Assembly (NCBI RefSeq): GCF_001194135.2
Contig: NC_068999.1
Location: forward strand, 48,712,085-48,776,084
Direction of reading: 5' to 3'
Length of the DNA: 64,000 nucleotides
Source: Octopus bimaculoides
Taxonomy: Eukaryota
Part shown: piece after piece, positions 58,653-64,000 of the stretch
How the letters are laid out: the number at the start of each line of letters is the position of its first letter
Numbering within the stretch: the stretch's first letter is position 1
Translations under genes and position numbers: made by a program
The notes under the pieces: model-generated
What the model was told of the DNA's origin: nothing
Seen by the model: the letters and a program-made list of their open reading frames with translations, nothing else
Database searches by the model: none

Positions 58653-61600
58653 GGAGAGAGAGAGACGCATCTGTGGGGTAGCAATTCTGCTTTCCAATCA
58701 CATGGTTCCAGGTTAAGTCCCTCTGTGTGGCACCTTAGGCAAGTGTCTTCTATAGTCATGGGTCAATCAAAGCCTTGTGAGTGGCTCTTGTAGACAGAAA
58801 CTGAAAGAAGCCCGCCATGTGTATATGTGTTTATATATATATATTTATGTGTATGTGTCTTTGTGCCTTTGTTTGCCCCCCCCCCATCACTTGACAACTG
58901 GTGTATTTACATCCCCATAACTTAGCAGTCGGCTAAAGAGACCAATAGAATAAGTACTAGGCTTAAAAAAGAATAAGTCCTGGGGTTGATTTCTTTGACT
59001 AAAAAACTCTTAAAGGTGGCGCTCCAGCATGGCTGCAGGTAAATGACTGAAACGAGTAAAAAAAGAATATGCGTGAATATTTACACATACAGTGCAGGCG
59101 TGGTGGGTGTGTAGTCAAGAAGTGCAAGCATGGCTGTGCGATTGGAAGCTTGCGTTGCAACCACGTGGTTTTGGGTTCAGTCCCACAACATAGCACTTTG
59201 AGCAAGTGCTTTCTCCTTTTTTGCTTTAGGCTTGGGCCAACCAATGCCCTGTGAGTGAATCCGATAGATGGTAACTGTGTCGAAGCCCATTATGTGTGAG
59301 TGTGTACGTCTTTGTGTTTGCACCCCACTCCATCATTTCTTGGTAACTGGTGTTGGTTTATTTTTGTCTCTGTAACTTAGTTGTCCAGCAAAAGAGATCA
59401 GTAGGATTAGTAGCAGACTAAAAAAAAAATATATGTACTGGGACTGATTTCAACATCATTCAATGTCCGTTGTCCATGCTAGCATGGTTTGGTTGCTGTG
59501 ACCATAACTGGCAAGCTGGAGGCCTGCACCAGGTTCCAGCTTGATTTGGCATGGTTTCTACAGCTGGGTGCCCTTCCTAATGCCAACCACTTTACAGAGT
59601 GTGATGGGCACTTTTATGTGGTGCCTGTTCAATTACAACCCCCAAGGCGGTAACTCTACCATGACTGCTGTCCAATGACAGAAACAAGTACAAAAAAATG
59701 GTAAAAGTTATATATTTGAAGAGCTGCAATATAGCTTCTGTCTGTTAATTCTCATCAAGTATTGTTTAGTCAGGCTGAAGATAGTTGCCCAAGATCTTGT
59801 TTGTTAGGAAGTGATTCAAAATCACATAATTGCAAAGGAAACTTAACCACAACCCACCCTGTCTTTCTTTATATGGTGTAGCTGTGTGGTGGATTGTAAA
59901 AACGTTGCTGCTATTTCCAGCAGGTTGGACAGCCATGTAGCAGTTCTTTCTTTAGCTCATGTTTTTAAACTAAATTGCTCTAATCTTTGCCAGTCTGTTA
60001 CATGAGAAGATAGAAAAACAATTACCATACTTGCATGTGGATGTGTTGCACCCTTGGTACCAAATTTTTTTCCCCTTATAGTTTTAGCTTTGCCCCGTGT
60101 ATGTTGCACTTCAGTTATTTCAGATAAAATCAACAAGTAATTATGGTAATTCAATATCCATGTTTTCATTCTTCCAACCCATTTGATATTAACCCACTTA
60201 GAATGAATGCTGTTTTTATGATACAAAGTCTTTTATTTTATCGTTCATACCGAGCCCTTTAGCATTCAGATTACCCTGTCAAGTGTAATACTTATTTATT
60301 TGACAAAAAAAAAAAGGAAAAATCTTTGGCATTTTGAATCTATGCTTTTCAATAGCAAGGAATAAGGAAAGAAAGAAAATGGAGAGAGAAAAAAAAAAAC
60401 ATTGTCTGGATTAATGGTGCCATGTGTCAAAATATTGTTTTATATTCAAACTGGCCCCTCACACTTACCCTACAATATTACTCCAAAAATAAACACTCAC
60501 GTCATTGGAATCTTAAAGCTACAAAGACAATGGATGATTAATTCAAACTGATCTAAATAAATAAGAAGTTTGCTTTGCAACTACATGATTTCGTGTTCAA
60601 TCTCACTGTATAGCATCAAGGGTGAATGTTTTCCTATGTAGCCCTGGGCCAACTAATTCGTTCTCAGTGAACTGTACGGAAGCCAGTTGTATGTGTGTGT
60701 ATGTATCTTCACATTGGCACCACTATGGCAGTTTGATGTGTGAAGGCCAGTGGAATATTTATCTTAGTTGTTTTCTGAAAAGAGTGTTTTCTCACTTGAA
60801 AACAAGCATGGTTTGGCACCTGGCCATTGAATTCTGTCTCGAACAACCTTGTCTGACATGTGCCAGCATAGAAAAAGCGGCTGTGAAAATACTGATGATG
60901 TGATACATGAGAATTTGTTGAAAAGCCATTATCATATTATATATTATTTTCCTTTGTTTTGCAAGGACAATATGGATATTTTCATTATTTCATTAGCACT
61001 TTTGCCATTATTGGAAAATATTGGAGTGAACGTCTTTTGAATCCTCACCAGGTCGGCTGTAACAAGGGAAGAAGGGACAGTTTTCATTTTCTCTTGGACT
61101 GCCTGAAATTATATCTTTGGTCCCAGGATATCAAACTGCTTAAAATAACTCAAATGTTCATATTTAAATTACAATTCTTTTCTGAATTATAACTAAGCAA
61201 ATGGTTTTGGTAAAGTTATGTTCAAAACATTAATGTATCGTTAAATACAAGGGTTAGTTATTTCAGCAAACCACTTCAGATTTCTGATTCATTTGTAAAT
61301 AAATTTAAACACAGCAGCAGCGACAGCCTATGTTGTTTAGGGAAAACTGATCACACAAGACATTTGACTTCTGCATTTGTTTAGTTGATTTGTACTACCT
61401 CAATCACTTTAACAGTTTGGTTTTAAGAATGGATTTATAATGGTTGAATACTGATTAACCTTCATTTATTTTATCATTACAGATTTTGTCAGGTGATGCT
61501 GTTGTTATTCGGGGTCAACCACGTGGTGGACCTCCCAAAGAACGAACTATATGTCTGTCAAATATTACAGCTCCCAGGTTAGCTCGTAGGGCTAATCCGA

Positions 61601-63989
61601 AAGAAACAAAAGATGAGGTAAACTGTTTTTTGATTTTCTATGTTTGTTATAGCACAGGTGTGGCTGAGTGGTTAATAAACTTGCTTCCCAACCATGTGTT
61701 CACTGTGCAACACCTTGGGCGAGTGTCTTCTATACAACCCTAGGTTCACCAAACCCATGAGTGGATTTGGTTGACAAACTGAAAAAGAGCCCGGTTTATA
61801 ATTACAAACATACATATATGTATGTTTATGTATGTACCTATACCAGACTTAAAAAATATAAGTACCGTGGTTGATTTGTTTGACTACACCATTCAAGAGG
61901 GTGCCCCAGCATAGATGCCATCTATGTAAAAGTAAGTTTGTGTGTATTTTTGTCTAGACATCACATGGTGGTTTGTAAATGAGCATCAGGGTAAAGGGTA
62001 TAAGATCCCTTTCAGTCATGAATGGCCATGGGATTGCATCTAGAATGTTCCCCTCTGAGGTACAAGTCTGGGCAAGGTTGTTTATGGAAGACCAGCAATC
62101 ACCCATGCATATCAGCCTCTCCTCTCCATGCCACTGATGTTATCCAAGGGAAAGGCAAAAGGGGATGATACAGCTTGGCGCCAATTACGATGCAACTCCT
62201 TTCTATAGCTGAGTGATCTAGAGCAATATGAAATAAAGTGTCTTGCTCAAGAACACAACACACAGCCTGGTCCGGCAATTGAACTATTTTATGATTGTGA
62301 ATCTGACACTCCATGCATCATAGTGATACAAATGAGGTCGTTTCCGGTCTTCTGTCAAGTCTGCTAACAACTATATAGTTCTCTTAATGTTGTGTTCCTC
62401 TAAATATTGGAAATTTGAAAATTTGTTTCTTCTGTTCAGTTAACTTTTGGTGTACCATCATGATTTTGTGTTGTTATTTCTTTAAAGCCTTATGCTTGGG
62501 AAGCCAGAGAATATCTTCGTAAGAGGTTAATAGGCCTTGAAGTGACTTTCACTGTGGAATATACTGTTCCAGGTACAAATAGAGAATATGGATGTATCTA
62601 CATTGGATCTGGTGAGTGTGCAATTGTTTCTTAAGAGAAATGAAAATATTGTCATCAAATATTACACATCATATTTTGATCTAAACATTTTTTATTATCT
62701 TGTTTTCTAAATTAGGCATGGAAGGAGGGGAAGTATATCTATGGCTTTTGCAGGTCTTTCTGCACTGGTGGGATTGATGGGGCTAATATCCAGTAAATTA
62801 ATTTCTTCAGGAAAAAAAACATAGCTATTCAAAAGAAAGACTTAATCTAAAGATCAAAATTTAACAAATTCAATGCAATTTTAATATCATTTGTATTCAA
62901 AATTTATAAGTTTTAGTAAAGGACATGAAATGGAGATGAGAATTAAATAAATGATGGATATTTATATTTTGTGTATTATTATGCTAAGCAATCACTTATC
63001 TTGATAAATTCGTTTTCTGTTGTGTTCTGAGAAAACTATTATCTGAATTACATCTCTTATGATATAGTGTAGCCAACACCATTTGTTCAAATAATCTATT
63101 AGGACTCTTCAATTATCTGGACTGAGCAGTTCAATTAATGCAGTTCCCATCTAGGTTCATTTAGCTATTTGTATTACCACAGTCAGTGAAACAAGTACCA
63201 GATTAAAAGTGTTAAAGTAAGTTTGATGTAGGATGTCTTGACTTTGGTGGATGTTAGCTTTTAACTCAGATCCTTCTGGCAGTGTTTTTTTTTTTTTTCT
63301 TTTTTTCTCATCTTGCAGTCGCTTAACCATTAATCTCATATATCTCAATGGTTGCTCATCTTCTTGGCTAAAAAAAAAAAAAAACTGAACGGATATCTTA
63401 CGATTTTGAAGCAACCAATGTAGTAAAAATGAATATTTTACAGGCTTAGTGGTGTTGGTAGATAGATCATTAAATATTGTATGTAATTGCTAAGATTAAT
63501 TTTCTTAGTATTTTTCACTAACAATATATTTGAATTGTAATTAGATTGCTAATGTCCTTGAGAAAGGTGAGAGGTATGTTCATCTCTATAATATTCATTA
63601 TAGAGATGAACATTACTTGTCTCATCTCTTGTGATATTAGGAAAATGTAAAAGTTCAGTTCTACAGATCTTCAACTGTTTCTTGATTTTCTTTTAGGTGG
63701 GAAGAATGGCTAATGCTGTTCCTACTCTGTGTCCAATATCTTAAATGCCATTGTTTCAAAAGCTATAGTGTTTGTACAAGATATGGTTTGTAAGGGAAAT
63801 CAACATTGAAATTATTATTAAAAATATCATTTAATTTGATCTAGGTTGTTCAGACATAATGACGTAACTGTAATTGACTTGATTGTATCTTAATTTGAAT
63901 GTTCCAGATAATTCTCGGGAGAATATGACTGAATCATTGATATCTGAAGGTCTAGTAGAAGTAAGGCGAGGCGGTTTGAAACCATCTGA
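52199..63989 (+). CDS. SND1: Staphylococcal nuclease domain-containing protein 1 (Tudor-SN), exons 1-4: 52199-52243, 61483-61617, 62488-62611, 63908-63989; continues beyond the window
   Basis: Spliced product [15 protein letters not shown]|[45 protein letters not shown]|[41 protein letters not shown]|[27 protein letters not shown] is the SN1 domain of SND1. All junctions are GT-AG with compatible phases (0,0,1,2). Confidence 0.96.
53075..54220. repeat. Complex (AT/GT)n microsatellite flanking N gap 53408-53963
   Basis: Direct reading. Other N gaps, mostly next to (AT)n: 8884-8961, 16117-16188, 18439-18525, 21903-21922, 37899-37908, 43759-43768, 47783-47965, 58324-58614. Confidence 0.95.
58664..59450 (+). 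mobile_element. Two adjacent family A SINEs (58664-59066 and about 59122-59450) in SND1 intron 1
   Basis: Head, CORE-like block and tail match 15423-15810. Confidence 0.8.
61651..61920 (+). mobile_element. Family A SINE in SND1 intron 2
   Basis: Head and CORE-like block, decayed tail. Confidence 0.7.
61985..62315 (-). mobile_element. tRNA-derived SINE (family C). Related copies at about 3960-4095, 23965-24250, 42870-43105(-)
   Basis: Shared block TTGAGCAAGACACTT(T/C)ATTTCAC.TTGCTCCAGT.CACTCA.CTG downstream of a tRNA-like head. Confidence 0.65.
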
Positions 63990-64000
63990 GTATGTATACT

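Overview
AT-rich eukaryotic genomic DNA with nine N gaps, dense (AT)n/(GT)n/(AAT)n microsatellites and several tRNA-derived SINE families. The repeat content suggests an octopus or other coleoid cephalopod genome; this is an inference, not a search result. Five protein-coding genes can be built by hand with in-frame splice junctions. (1) Gene A, minus strand, CDS exons 3811-2476, 2154-1919 and 1115-1053, probably continuing off the window. (2) Its paralog gene B, plus strand, five CDS exons from 24977 to 30576, 1033 aa, ending in a degenerate HECT-like domain. (3) Intronless SARAF, minus, 36082-36963. (4) A TMEM216-like ciliary transition-zone gene, minus, 41101-46465, which the ORF track does not recover; it has a 17-nt micro-exon and a U12-type intron. 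(5) The first four exons of SND1/Tudor-SN, plus, from 52199. The most novel-looking signals are two. The head-to-head A/B pair shares an N-terminal helical motif, unrelated low-complexity regions, a basic patch and an unnamed 124-aa domain (about 60% identical, same intron positions), and in B the HECT catalytic Cys position holds Tyr (TAT), one A-to-I edit from Cys. A tRNA-headed SINE carries an apparently intact minimal hammerhead ribozyme (33089-33134) and has two decayed copies. The rest is fragments of mariner, piggyBac, hAT, Gypsy, RTE, CR1-like and R4/Dong-like elements. No rRNA, true tRNA gene or CRISPR array was seen.
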